Assembly (NCBI RefSeq): GCF_006345805.1
Contig: NC_043013.1
Location: 38,750,001-38,814,000 of the forward strand
Direction: 5' to 3'
Length of the DNA stretch: 64,000 nucleotides
Origin: Octopus sinensis
Taxonomy: Eukaryota
The translations under genes and the position numbers were made by a program. Of the stretch, positions 1 through 12,595 are shown piece after piece (within the stretch, counting starts at the first letter, position 1; every line of letters begins with the position of its first letter). The notes below the pieces were generated by a model, which had not been told where the DNA came from, made no database searches, and saw nothing but the letters and a program-made list of their open reading frames with translations.

Positions 1-934
1 AGTTTCTGTCTACCAAATCCACTCACAAGGCTTTGGTAGGCCTGAGGTTATGACACAAGACACTTACCCCGGGTGCCACGCAGTGGGACTGAATCCAGAA
101 CCATGTGGTTGGGAACAAGCTTCTTACCACAACAGCAGCAGCATGTTTAGCCCTTTTGTTATTAACCAGCCAAAACTGTCTCTGGCTCTGTAGTAAAATG
201 TCTTGTTTTCCTAAGTTTTGAATTAAAATATCTCACCAAGCCTTAGTCACAATTTACATTCCTAACACTAGCTTAATGATAACTAAGTTATTTTACTAAA
301 TTCTTTGTTATATTTAAAATAATTGAAAGAAACACAGAACATCTCAAAATAAATACAGAAACGAAAGGGTTAAGTCAAAGCACAGATTTTTAAAAAATCT
401 TAAATCACATTTTAAATAATTTGCCAGATACCTATATATATATATATTATATATATATACACACACACACACACATGTATATATTCATGATGGGCTTCTT
501 TCAGTTTCTGTCTACCAAATCCACTCACAAGGCTTTGGTAGGCCTGAGGTTATGACACAAGACACTTACCCCAGGTGCCACGCAGTGGGACTGAATCCAG
601 AACCATGTGGTTGGGAAACAAGCTTCTTACCACACAGCAGCAGCATGTTTAGCCCTTTTGTTATTAACCCAGCCAAAACTGTCTCTGGCTCTGTAGTAAA
701 ATGTCTTGTTTTCCTAAGTTTTGAATTAAAATATCTCACCAAGCCTTAGTCACAATTTACATTCCTAACACTAGCTTAATGATAACTAAGTTATTTTACT
801 AAATTCTTTGTTATATTTAAAATAATTGAAAGAAACACAGAACATCTCAAAATAAATACAGAAACGAAAGGGTTAAGTCAAGAGCACAGATTTTTAAAAA
901 ATCTTAAATCACATTTTAAATAATTTGCCAGATA

Positions 935-960
<26 letters not shown>
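1..960 (+). repeat. Direct tandem duplication, period ~502 bp (SINE fragment + piggyBac-type MITE + microsatellite)
   Basis: The sequence at position 1 (agtttctgtctaccaaatcc...) restarts at 503 and runs nearly identically to ~940, with a few 1-nt indels. Confidence 0.9.
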
Positions 961-975
<15 letters not shown>

Positions 976-2105
976 TGTGATGTTCTGCTTGAGAACCACT
1001 AATGTAGGAAAATAATGTGTTATGATGTCCCTGTCGGAAGACAAACTGTGATACAAGCATAAGGAAACAAGGAAAATTATATCAATGTTATATTAATACA
1101 TCCATGTAATATCCTATCACATGGATAACCAGAGATACAAGAGAAATGAGATATTACGAGAACAATAAAACATTAGACCTTATGATATTATCAGGGACCT
1201 GAGATAACACAGGCTATGATATCAGTGCAAGGGGTTGGCTAGTAATAGAATATAACGGTGTAGTGAGATATACTATGAGAATATTCTGAAAATGTAATGA
1301 AGTATATTAGAAATGCTATTACCATAGTGATACAATGTTTAGACAGATATGTTACCAGAGAAGTGAAATACTAAGTGATATATTATCACTGTTTTATATT
1401 ACTACATTAATCCCAATCAAGTCACTTGCTAGGAAAATGCAACTTTGGGATAGTTATTATATCAGCCAGCATAGTAAGGTAGCATAAGGTAATTATGTTT
1501 ATATAAGATGAGTTATATAAAGGTAGTGACAAAACGTGAGTTATGATCCAGACAAATAAGATAATAAGAGCTGTGCTAGTAAATTGAGATAGCATGAGTC
1601 ACATCAAAGTAGTGATGTAACAGGAATTATATTAAACAGAATAACAGGCTAAAATAAATTAATAACTGTGTAGTTAAATGGTGGACCAGAGGCAAAGGAA
1701 ATACTGTGGTTATACTGAAGTTGTAAAATTACATAAGTTATACTAGTAAGTTAAACTAGTAGGTGATATATGAGAGTAATGAAATGAGTCACTATATCAG
1801 GACTATAATGTTGGAGCCAGGGTCAAAAGCAATTACTGGGTAACCGAATTGAATGTAGTAAGAAAATGGGTACTTTCCTATTATCAACAGTTAATATTTT
1901 TTTTATTTAGTAAAGGATTAGTAAATAAACAACTACTAAGTCATTACCCATTACTATGCTGCTGGTAAAAATATTTGTTAATCATGCACATGCTTCAAAG
2001 TGAAGGTCTTCTTTTTAAAGTCTGTGTTGTGTTGTCTATATGTTGAAAGACACAGAAACACACAACACAACCCCAAACAACCAAAACAACAACTACATAT
2101 TTATA

Positions 2106-2926
2106 CAGGGTGCGATGGGTAAGTTGTTGCCGTTTTATATTTTTAATTTTGTGCAATGCACAGTGTTTGTTTTTGATTTTGTCAACTACACAGTATAGCA
2201 GGGTCAGTTGGGCACCGTCTGTGACAAAAACAGTACCATGACGCAATTCACTCTGCCAGAAATTTGGAATCGACATGCTGTACTGTTCGGCATTCGTGCC
2301 AGAAGCATTTCAGAGTGTTTGAGTGTCAATCTGAGGACATGTAGCAAGAGTGATAATAATCAAACATCCAGTCAACAATAGTGATGGCAACGTTATGCCT
2401 CCATTCATCTCAACATGGAGGCCTACATCAAGTGCCTGGAGGAGGTAGTGCTGCCCTGGGTCAAAACTGCAGTTGCTGGAAGAATCTATGTCTGGCACCA
2501 GGACTCTGCACCAGGCCACACAAGCAGGAGAGTCCAGTCATGGCTGTCAGACAATTTCTGTGACCACAACAGCCCTAACAACTGGCCACCTAATTCCCCA
2601 GACTGCAACCCCCTTCATTAATATGTGTAGGGCACAGTTGAGTGAGAGACCAACAAAACTCCTTGTAACATCAAAGATGAACTGAAGGCAAGGATTATGG
2701 CAGCATTCGCCAACTTAAACTAGGAGACCATTCAGAAGAGTTGCAGGAGATTCTGAAGTTGTCTGGCAGTCGTGGTTGAAGCCAATGGTGATTTTAATCA
2801 ATAAATTTACTCTTTAGTATTTCAAGATATTGTTTATGCAATTTTGGTAAATATGTCTGTTAAAATGAGATGTCAGTGTTAGTTTCATTTTTGCATAACT
2901 TAGACAACAGTTTATTCACCACAGCC

Positions 2927-2928
<2 letters not shown>
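2106..2928 (+). mobile_element. Degenerate maT-family (DD37D) Tc1/mariner remnant
   Basis: ORF 2415..2621 contains WHQDSAPGH...WPPNSPDCNPL with 37 residues to the third acidic position (now H). Degenerate TIRs: cagggtgcgatgggtaagttgttgcc vs reverse complement caggctgtggtgaataaactgttgtc. Confidence 0.8.
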
Positions 2929-2971
<43 letters not shown>

Positions 2972-3132
2972 AAAGGGCTTAGTAAAATAATTACTTTGCC
3001 CGCATAATAAATTATTTTACTAAGCCCTTTTATATAATGTAATAATTTGAATTTGCCTTAAATGGTCCTTTGCATACTGAATACTTGGTGAATTGATTAA
3101 TTAATTAATTAATTTTACCCTCAATTGTTGAA

Positions 3133-3165
<33 letters not shown>

Positions 3166-3722
3166 TAGCCTTCTTTTGGAGTCTGTATTGCATTGTGTTG
3201 ACAGACTTGCACTTAAAATTCTCACACTTTTAATCAACATCTGAAGAAATCCTGACGTCATAAGCTCTCAACATTGGATGATCCCATGAAGTTTCAGCTT
3301 TTTTATGTCAGAATTTCTAAGTTTCATACATAATGGCATGTCACTAAAACATGGAATTAATGCATGTAGAATACAATTATGTATATCATAGTTAATGAAA
3401 TATTAGGTATACTGTAAGAGAAATCACTTAAAAATTGTTTGGTATGGATCATGGCACCTTTTTTTTTATATGCTCAGTCCCCCTAACTATAGAACCTGGC
3501 TATGCTACTGCAAAAAATTACATCTCCGAAATAGTCATAACATTAATCAATGTAATGAGATGACATAAGCCTTATTAGTTAGAGTAGTATGAGAGCATAT
3601 GTCAGGGTAAGATGAGAAACATAAATTGTATGAGTGTAGTGAATTAATACAAGTGACACTATTGTAGTGAGACAGAATGAATGACACATCCGTAATGAGA
3701 TAGTATGAGTTATAACAATATA

Positions 3723-4262
3723 CAGGGTGACCCCTACAAAAAAAAAACAGAATCCATAAGAATTTTATTGAATCCTACAAAGGTCCAGCAAATTTCAGGA
3801 AATTTGCTGGACTTAAACTTTGGTCTGTGTATCATCATTCCCTTTGCAGAAAAGTCATGTTCTTTTCAAAATATACTCCAAATGGTATACATCGCGCAAA
3901 ATTGTCAATTACTCAAACACCTTCCTCTTTGGAGATTTCCCTGATTTTTGCTGTGATCGCTGCCTTCAGTTCACCAATCATTTGAGGGTTGTTCTGGTAA
4001 ACATTATCCTTGAGATACCCCAACAGATAAAAATTTGGTGGTGGGGTTCAAGTCCAATGAATGCAGTGCCTGCTCAATGTCACACTTCCTGCCGATCAGT
4101 CTCTCCTGAAATTGCTCTCTCAGCCACGCTTGGGAGTCATATGATGCATGTTGGGTGGCCCCGTCTTGCTGGAACCACTGTGCATCTCAATCTATCCCTA
4201 TGCATTGTTTATTCAAAGATTTGTGGGTTCTGTTTTTTTTTTTTGGTTGGGGGGTCACCCTG
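3723..4262 (-). mobile_element. Internally deleted rosa-like (DD41D) Tc1/mariner element
   Basis: TA-flanked TIRs cagggtgacccc...aaaacagaa. Minus strand reads WFQQDGATQH...RLIGRKCDIE...SLDLNP, then frameshifted YLLGYLKDNVY; 41-residue spacing. Confidence 0.8.
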
Positions 4263-4964
4263 TAATATGATGTTAATAGTTGCAGTATTAGTATAGCATG
4301 ATATAGTAAGTTATCACAAGGGTGAAGTAAAAAATATTTGAAGCACAAAGTTTTGGCAGAAAACAGAAGAAAACCATAAAGCAATTCCTCTTCTAAGGAC
4401 TAGCGTGGAATATATTATACATTAGTAACGCACTTCAGACAATTTAGAGCTACATCAAACCCACCAAAGGAAAAAGAAACCAAAATATCATCAACAATAA
4501 CAACAACAACAAAAAATAGATTACGTACAGTGATCCAAGAGTTTACTGATTCAACTAAAACAAAAACAAAAATTATTACCTGAGCCTGGGAAGTCGTTAA
4601 GAAAATATTTAAATCCAGGAAAAAAAAATTTCAAATTTAGAATATAAGCTATGATGGTAACGATAACAACAAAGCTAAAGATGATGAGCATGGTAATGAT
4701 GATGAGGATGATTATGATGATGATAATGACGATAATGATAGGTTGGTACAATCGTTACAGCATTAGACAAAATACCTAGTGTTGTTTAGTTCAACCCTTT
4801 ACATTTAAATCTTGAAGTCAACTTTACATTCTCTTTAGAGTCAATGAAATAACAACCAGTCAAGTACCCGAATTAAGATAATCAACTGTTCTCTACCCTC
4901 AAACCAAATTTCAAGTCTTGTGCCTATTTAAGAAATCCCTAATATTACTATTATTATTATTAAG

Positions 4965-5610
4965 GCAGCAAGCTGGCAGAATTGTTAGCACATCAGGCAA
5001 AATGCTTAGTGGCATTTCGTTCATCTTTATGTTCCGAGTTCAAATTCCGCCAAAGTCGACTTTGCTTTTCATCCTTCCAGGGTTGATAAAATACATACCA
5101 GTCAAGGACTGGGCGTCAATATGACTGACTTACCTGCTTCCCCAATATTTCTGGCTTTGTGGCTTTAGTAGAAACAATTTTTATTATTATTATTAATAAG
5201 GCAGTGAGCTAGCAGAATCATTAGCACACCAGGTAAAATGCTTAGCGGCATTTCATACAACCTTATGTTCTGAGTTCAAATTCCACCAAGGTCGACTTTG
5301 CTTTTCTCCTTTCCGGATCAATAAATACCACATTGGGGTTGATGTAATTGACTACTCACCTCCCTGACAAATTTCAGGCCTTGAGCCTTTAGTAGAAACA
5401 ATTTTTATTAGTAAGGCAGTGAATTGGCAGAATTGTTTCTATGCCAAGCTAAATGCTTAGAGGCATTTCATCCTTCTTCATGTTCTGCAAGGTTTGACTT
5501 TGCCTTTCATCCTTTTGGTGTCAATAGATTAAGTACCAGTGAAACACCAGGGTCGATGTAATCAACTAGTCCCCTCCTGCAATATTTTTAGGTTTTGTGC
5601 CTATAGTTGA
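4965..5610 (+). mobile_element. Cluster of tRNA-derived SINEs with a Nin/Deu-like central domain
   Basis: Repeated head ggcagaat(c)gttagcac...gagttcaaattcc followed by gtcgactttgcctttcatcctt..ggggtcgataaa. Many further copies, e.g. 43830-44210, 45810-46210. Confidence 0.8.
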
Positions 5611-5619
5611 AAGGATTAT

Positions 5620-6420
5620 TATTATTATTATCATTTACTTTTAATCTGCATGTTTGTTAAACCACTTACTGAGATACACCCAGCATCCTAGGGCAAGTGA
5701 AGGATAAGAGATGTTACAGTATGACTAAAAGCTTGGGGAGGGAAGTGGTAGGGGCAGTAGCAAAATATCTTCATGTAATACAACACAGGCATTTAAATTG
5801 ATAGAGTTTTTCTAAGGATGTGGGCAGTACTTGTCAGCACAATCTTTTGAATTTCTCTGAGACATGGTTCTCCTGTGATACTATCTAGATGTTTCTGACA
5901 TCCTTTTCTAATCATAGCTAGGGCATCCACAATAATAGGAACAGTTCTAGCTTTAAGATGCCACATCTTTTGTATTTCAATTTCCAGGTCCTTATATTTA
6001 CTTAATTTGTCAAATTCCTTTACAGATATATTTTTATCAGTGAAAACACGTCTATTAGTCTTCAAGTATTTTCTTCTCTGTCTTTAATGACTGTATCTGG
6101 TCAATTAGCCTTGATGTCGATTGGAAAATCCCAGAGGATAGTGACGTTTTTACCTTCAACAACTGGCTCAGGATGATATTCATACCAGTAAGCAGGAGTA
6201 TTGGTTTCATAGGGTTTACATATTTCCCAATGTAACTACTGTCCTACCCTATCATGGTGATTTTTGTATTCATTTGGTGTCAGTACAGGGCATCCCGAGA
6301 TGATATGATCTATTGTTTCATCAAATTTATCGCAGAATCTGCATTTAGAGTCGGAACCATTTTGAAGAACGTTAGCCTGGTAGTTTTTGGTAAGCAAGCT
6401 CTTGATTTTGTGTCACTAAT
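5620..6420 (-). mobile_element. 3' fragment of an RLE-type non-LTR retrotransposon (R4/Dong-like), pseudogenised
   Basis: Minus strand reads KCRFCDKFDETIDHIISGCPVL (CCHC finger), HHDRV, PD-type endonuclease region and KLSKYKDLEIEIQKMW...LRKTLSI, ending in a (TAA)n tail. Internal stops. Confidence 0.85.
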
Positions 6421-7074
6421 ATGAAACTTTCAGTCCCTGCTTTCAGTCATGAGCTTCTCAGCCATTTATGGGTTGTTGCTTGGTCTACATCAGCATTTCG
6501 GCTTCGAAGTATATACAGTCCATACAGAGGCTTTTCTTCTAGCACTTCATGTTGTGAATTCAAATCCTGCCAAGATCGACTTTGCCTTTCATCCTTGCGG
6601 GGTCAATAAGATAAGTACAAGTCAGGAACTGGGATCAATACACTTACCCCTTCCCTTAAAATTGCATGTCTTGAGTCAAAATTTAAAGAATTATTATTAT
6701 TATTATTACTATTATTTTATCGTGTGTGTGTGTGTGTGTGAAAACACATGGCAGTGGTTAGGGTATTCAGCTCATGACTGTAAGGGCATGAGTCCATTTC
6801 CAGGTGACACTTGTGTCCTTGAGCAAGACACTTTATTTCATGTTGCTCCAGTCCATTCAGCTGGCAGAAATTATTAGTAGCTGTATTTCAAAGGGCCAGC
6901 CATGTCACATTCTGTGTCACGTTGAATCTCCCTAAGAACTAATGTTAAGGGTACATGTGTTTGTGGAGTGCTCAGCCACTTAATTTCATGAGCAGGCTGT
7001 TCCATTGACTGGATCAACTGGAACCTTCGTCATCGTAACCAATGGAGTGCTAGAAAGATGAATATATATATATA

Positions 7075-7115
<41 letters not shown>

Positions 7116-7206
7116 ATGATAATAATATTAGGGAATATGATTCCAAACTTACAGGGAAAAATTCAACTTAGTAATACTAAATCAAATTTCACAATATATA
7201 ATATAT

Positions 7207-7436
7207 GTATATAAATTAGAGAAGAACCACCATGTAGCAATTCAACAATGATATAATTAAATCATACCATATAGAAAAAATTAAATATACGACAAAACAT
7301 TTACCTAGAACCAATAAAGTACTTTATTTGGTTCTAGGTAAATGTTTTATCGTATATTTAATTATTTTCTATATGGTATGATTTAATTATATCATTGTTG
7401 AATTGCTACATGGTGGTTCTTCTTTAATTTATATAC
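7207..7436. repeat. Near-perfect ~230 bp palindrome (foldback element)
   Basis: Centred on aaagt|acttt at 7320/7321; ~110 bp arms are reverse complements with few mismatches. Confidence 0.9.
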
Positions 7437-8856
7437 ACACACACACATATATATATATACATATACATATATATATAGACCACATCTATCAAATAATAAA
7501 ATATATATATTGTTATTTGATAGAGGTGGCCAGCTCAGCTTGAATAAAACTATAACAGATTATCAGTAAATCAACTGATGGGCCTAGTCAGTACATTCAG
7601 CCATAGACCATCCTGACTGTATTTTAGAGGCATGCTGTCATAAAAACAAACTGATTCCAAGGAGTCTTCATGTCTGAGTAAAGAAGAGGTAGTTCCAAGG
7701 CTATGCCCCACACCATCATTCTCAAGTATTTTGGTAACCATTCAACATTGGATACCCTTGAATACGACAAACCAGTATGTCACAGACACATCATAAAACA
7801 TGCTGGTTTTCTTGATAAGAACGAAATTAAAGACCCTGAGAACACATATGAGCTTTGCTTAGAAAACCAGAGTTTTCTTCTTCTTTGGCCTTATGTCCAG
7901 TGTTGGTAACACAGAAACTAGGCAAGTACTGATGTTGGTGTGATTCACAAAACTTTACCATCCCATAACAAAATCTGAGGTCTTCTGCATGTGTTACAGA
8001 ACCATTATTAACACTGTCCACAAGTTGGCAGAATAATCGGTGAGTTGAACAAAATATTTAGCAGGCATTTCCTCGAACTCTATACATTCTGAATTCAAAT
8101 GCAACAGAGGCCAACTCTGAGTCAACCTCTGTGGCATTTGAACCCCTTTGGGTCAGCTTTGTTCTTTTGGGGTTAATAAGATAAGAACCACTTAAGCACT
8201 GGAGTAGATGTAATCTACTTCACCTTCCCTGAAAATTGCTTATCTTGTGCCAAAATTAGAAAGAAATATTAACAAAATCACATCAATTTATTTTGTGCCA
8301 GATTTCTGGCAATAATGTTAGTTAATTGCCAACTGTACCCTCTTTTAACTGCAACAAGCCCCATACCCATAATACGAAAATATAACATATTTTTCTGATA
8401 CATGCCACAATATGAAGATGCTGCAAGTGAAAGGCGTCAGTTGTCTGAAACGACCAACAAAACAGATAATGCATAAACTATATCAATGCAAACTGTGATG
8501 GTTTAACAGAAGCAGTTCTATGGCAAACTATGGTGGGTTGAGGTGAGGAGATATCAAACAGGTACTGTGACACAGGGTGAGAATGTAAATCTAACTGAAG
8601 TTACAAACTGTGAGTGACTGAGGTCATGTCAGTCGTGTGTGACAAGAGTTATGTAGAGTTAAAAACAGTTACAGGCAATGAACTGGCAAAGTTGTTAGAA
8701 TAGAGGGTAGATTGCTTGGCAATATTTGGTCCACATTTCTTGGTTTTGGGTTCAAATCCTGCCATGGTCAACACTGTTTGAATCTCATCAGGAGTTGATA
8801 GAAAAAGTATCAGTACAGTAATGGCATCAATTCTTGTTTCTCTCCCTCATTTTCTT

Positions 8857-8931
<75 letters not shown>

Positions 8932-10259
8932 TTTTCTGTCTCTTTGCTTCTCTCATTTCTCCTCTCTCTCTCTCAAAGAAACACACTAACCTCAGACTTG
9001 GAAAGAGATGGGCGCTGCCAGGTTTAAATGCCCAACACATGCCATATGTCAGTCACAAGACTACCCGAACAACTCCCTTAGGAGCTAAAGGCCCATAGAA
9101 AGAAGCAAACTGTAAGTGACTGTGATGATATCAAGCAGATACCATACAAGCTTTAACTACACAAACTGTGAAGGGCTGTGATGATATGAAACAGATATCA
9201 CCTAAGCAATGCTATCATAAACTGTGCTGTTGTTTGGTGGAGTAATATCAAGCAGGCATGGCAAACTGTAACAATTTATGGTGATAGAAGGGAAAATAAG
9301 ACATTTTGAGAAAACAATAAGACATTTCAACTACAACCATTTATATTAAGCAGATATGAGAGAATCCATTCTGTTACAAAGTCAAACTGCGCAATGCCAT
9401 TACATCACATATGGAACCCCTTTGATTACTATTTTATTCTGATGAACCCCCATAGCCATTAAATGTTTAAAAACTAGTTTTATAGAAACATCTTTCAAAA
9501 TTCCTATTTTGTTTTCTACACATTAATTTGTGTAGGTTGATCTATGTAAAATGTTTCTTGTAATACATACCAATACATACATCTAAAGTGAAATTTTTTC
9601 AGGGCCCCTTAAAATTCTATTGTGGATCCATAATTTACTATTTTGCTGTGTGGACCCCCAAAAATCTTATATGGGCCCTCAGGGGTCATATGGATCCTGG
9701 TTGAGAACTATTGATATAGATTACCATTATCTACTCAGCTTCCAGTATAAGTGGCTACTTGACCCTTGTATACTTATTTGATCTCTGTAACAGAATGCCA
9801 AAAAAGTGTTCCCCGGATGTGCCATTCCAGTTAAGCATCCAAATGTACTTGAAACATCCAGTATTGAGTTCCGAAAAACTGCAATGGTAAAATGTACAAA
9901 GGAACTAAATATTTATAATGATGTACATCGTAATTTCCTCTCTATATATACACATACTTATATATACTTATATACATATATATTATATATATATATATAT
10001 ATACACATACATACACAACAAGAGAATGTCTGTTTGTATGTTTAAGGGAAAGAGATTGTGTGTATGTAAATGGTGAACGTAAGAGACAGAAAAGGCAAAA
10101 TCTATAGAATAGTATAAAATTACAATCAGAAGTATGTATTTTCACGAATAGCCTCACCAAAATATAAAAATAACAAATAACAAATAAATGAAACAAAACA
10201 AAAATGCACACAAAAAAAAAATAATAATTTCACAAGAAAATATTAATCAGAAAAAATTT

Positions 10260-10329
10260 ACATATATAAAATTATATGTATATATATATATACATACATA
10301 TATATATATATATATATACATACATACAT

Positions 10330-10373
<44 letters not shown>

Positions 10374-10473
10374 CATACATACATATATATATATAATATA
10401 TATATATATTACATACATACATACATATATATATATATAATATATATATATATACATACATACATACATATAT

Positions 10474-10509
<36 letters not shown>

Positions 10510-10621
10510 CATACATACATATATACATATATATATATACACACCACACACATATATATATATATACATATATACATATATACATACACACACATATATA
10601 TATATATATACATATATACAT

Positions 10622-10652
<31 letters not shown>

Positions 10653-10663
10653 CATATATACAT

Positions 10664-10712
<49 letters not shown>

Positions 10713-10731
10713 TACATACATACATACATAC

Positions 10732-10776
<45 letters not shown>

Positions 10777-10964
10777 ATATACATATATACATATATATAA
10801 TATATATATATATATATATACATATATACAAATATTATATATATATATATATATATACATACATACATATATACATATATACATATATACACACACACAC
10901 ATATATATATATATACATATACATATATACACACACACATATATATATATATACATATATACAT

Positions 10965-10999
<35 letters not shown>

Positions 11000-11170
11000 C
11001 ATATATACATACACACACACACACATATAATATATATATATATATATATATACATATATACATACATACATACATACATATACATATATATATATATATA
11101 TATATATCTATATATATATATAATATATATACATATATACATATATATATTATATATATATATATATATA

Positions 11171-11205
<35 letters not shown>

Positions 11206-11262
11206 GTAACATATTGTATAGATATATATATATATTATACATATATATATATATATAAATAT

Positions 11263-11317
<55 letters not shown>

Positions 11318-11335
11318 AGAAAATATACAAGAAAT
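10260..11335. repeat. ~1.1 kb compound (TA)n/(TACA)n/(CA)n microsatellite
   Basis: Directly visible; source of the poly-YI/HT ORFs. Confidence 0.97.
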
Positions 11336-11885
11336 ATTCACTTATTGCAAAAAGAAAAAAAAAAAATTAACAATGCTTTTATACAGTAATGCCATGTTTC
11401 AAAATAAACACCGTGCTGAGAGAAAGTGCAAATGCTGTATGCTTGTCAATATCAAAAAATGCCATGCTTTGGACAAAAATTTTATGCAGAGCAAGAGTAT
11501 GGTGGTCAAACAGACATGCTTTACATTATAATCAATACTATTATTATTATTATTATTATTATTATCATTATTAAAGCAGTGAGGGGGCATATACAGTAAC
11601 ATGCCTGACAAAAAATTCTTAGCAGCCTTTCATCCATCTTTGTGTTCTGAGGTTCAAATTTAGCTTTGCATTTCATCTTTTCGGGGTCAATAAAATAAGA
11701 ACAAGCTGAGTACTATGGTCAATGTAATTGACTTTCCCTTCCCCTCAAAATTGTTGGTCATGTGACAAAATTTCAAACAACAATTATTATTATTATCATT
11801 ATTATTATTATCATTATTATTATTATTATTATTATTATCATTATTATTAATATTATTATTATCATTATTATTATTATTATTATTA

Positions 11886-11918
<33 letters not shown>

Positions 11919-12556
11919 GGACAACGAGCTAGGAGAAATGCTTAGCAGTATTTCGCCCGTTACTATGTTTTGAGTTCACATTCCACCAAGGTCAACTTTG
12001 CCTTTCATCCTTGTGGGGTCAATGAATTAAGTACCAGTGAAATAATGGTGTTGATGAAATTGACTAATCCCCTCCCCTCAAAATATCAGGCCTTGTGCCT
12101 TTAGTAGAAAGAATTATTATTATGATTATTAATATTAAGGCAGAATCGTTAGCACACCAGACAAAATGCTTAGCATCATTTCATCCCACTTTATGTTCCG
12201 AGTTCAAATGCTGCCAAGGTTGACTTTGTCTTTCATCCTTTCGGGGTCAATAAAATAGGTACCAGTTACATACTGAGGTCAATGTAATTGATTAGTCCCC
12301 TTCCCCAAATTTCAGGCCTTGTGAAATGATTATCATTATTATTGAATTTTTATTAATACTTTCTGTTATTCCTTTACTTGTTTCAGTTATTTGATTGCAA
12401 CCATATTGGAGCTCCGCCTTTTGTTGAACAAATCTACCCCAGGACTTTTTCTTTGTAAGCCTAGTACTTATTGTTCTCTTTTGCTGAACTGCTAAGGCAC
12501 AGGGACATAAACACACCAATATTAATTGTCAAACAATGATGGGGGAACAAACAAAG

Positions 12557-12595
<39 letters not shown>

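Noticed and set aside
975-1060. SQAE peptide and a TTCCTTAT branch-like motif as a candidate exon 6
   Set aside because: Acceptor phase is incompatible, and the SQAE codons overlap a hAT-type terminus (agtggttctcaa).
1995-2035. Possible terminal exon NTTQTLKRRPSL* after a pyrimidine-rich acceptor
   Set aside because: No homology support; cannot be linked to any gene.
9740-9890. Possible late FAM92 exon reading (V)FRNSILDV on the minus strand
   Set aside because: Only a 4-residue match; requires phase 1; the intervening exons could not be found between it and exon 5.
10188-11341. Long ORFs made of YI/HT/CV dipeptides (also at 8810, 28982, 36530, 46454 and elsewhere)
   Set aside because: Translations of (TA)n/(CA)n microsatellites; no coding signal.
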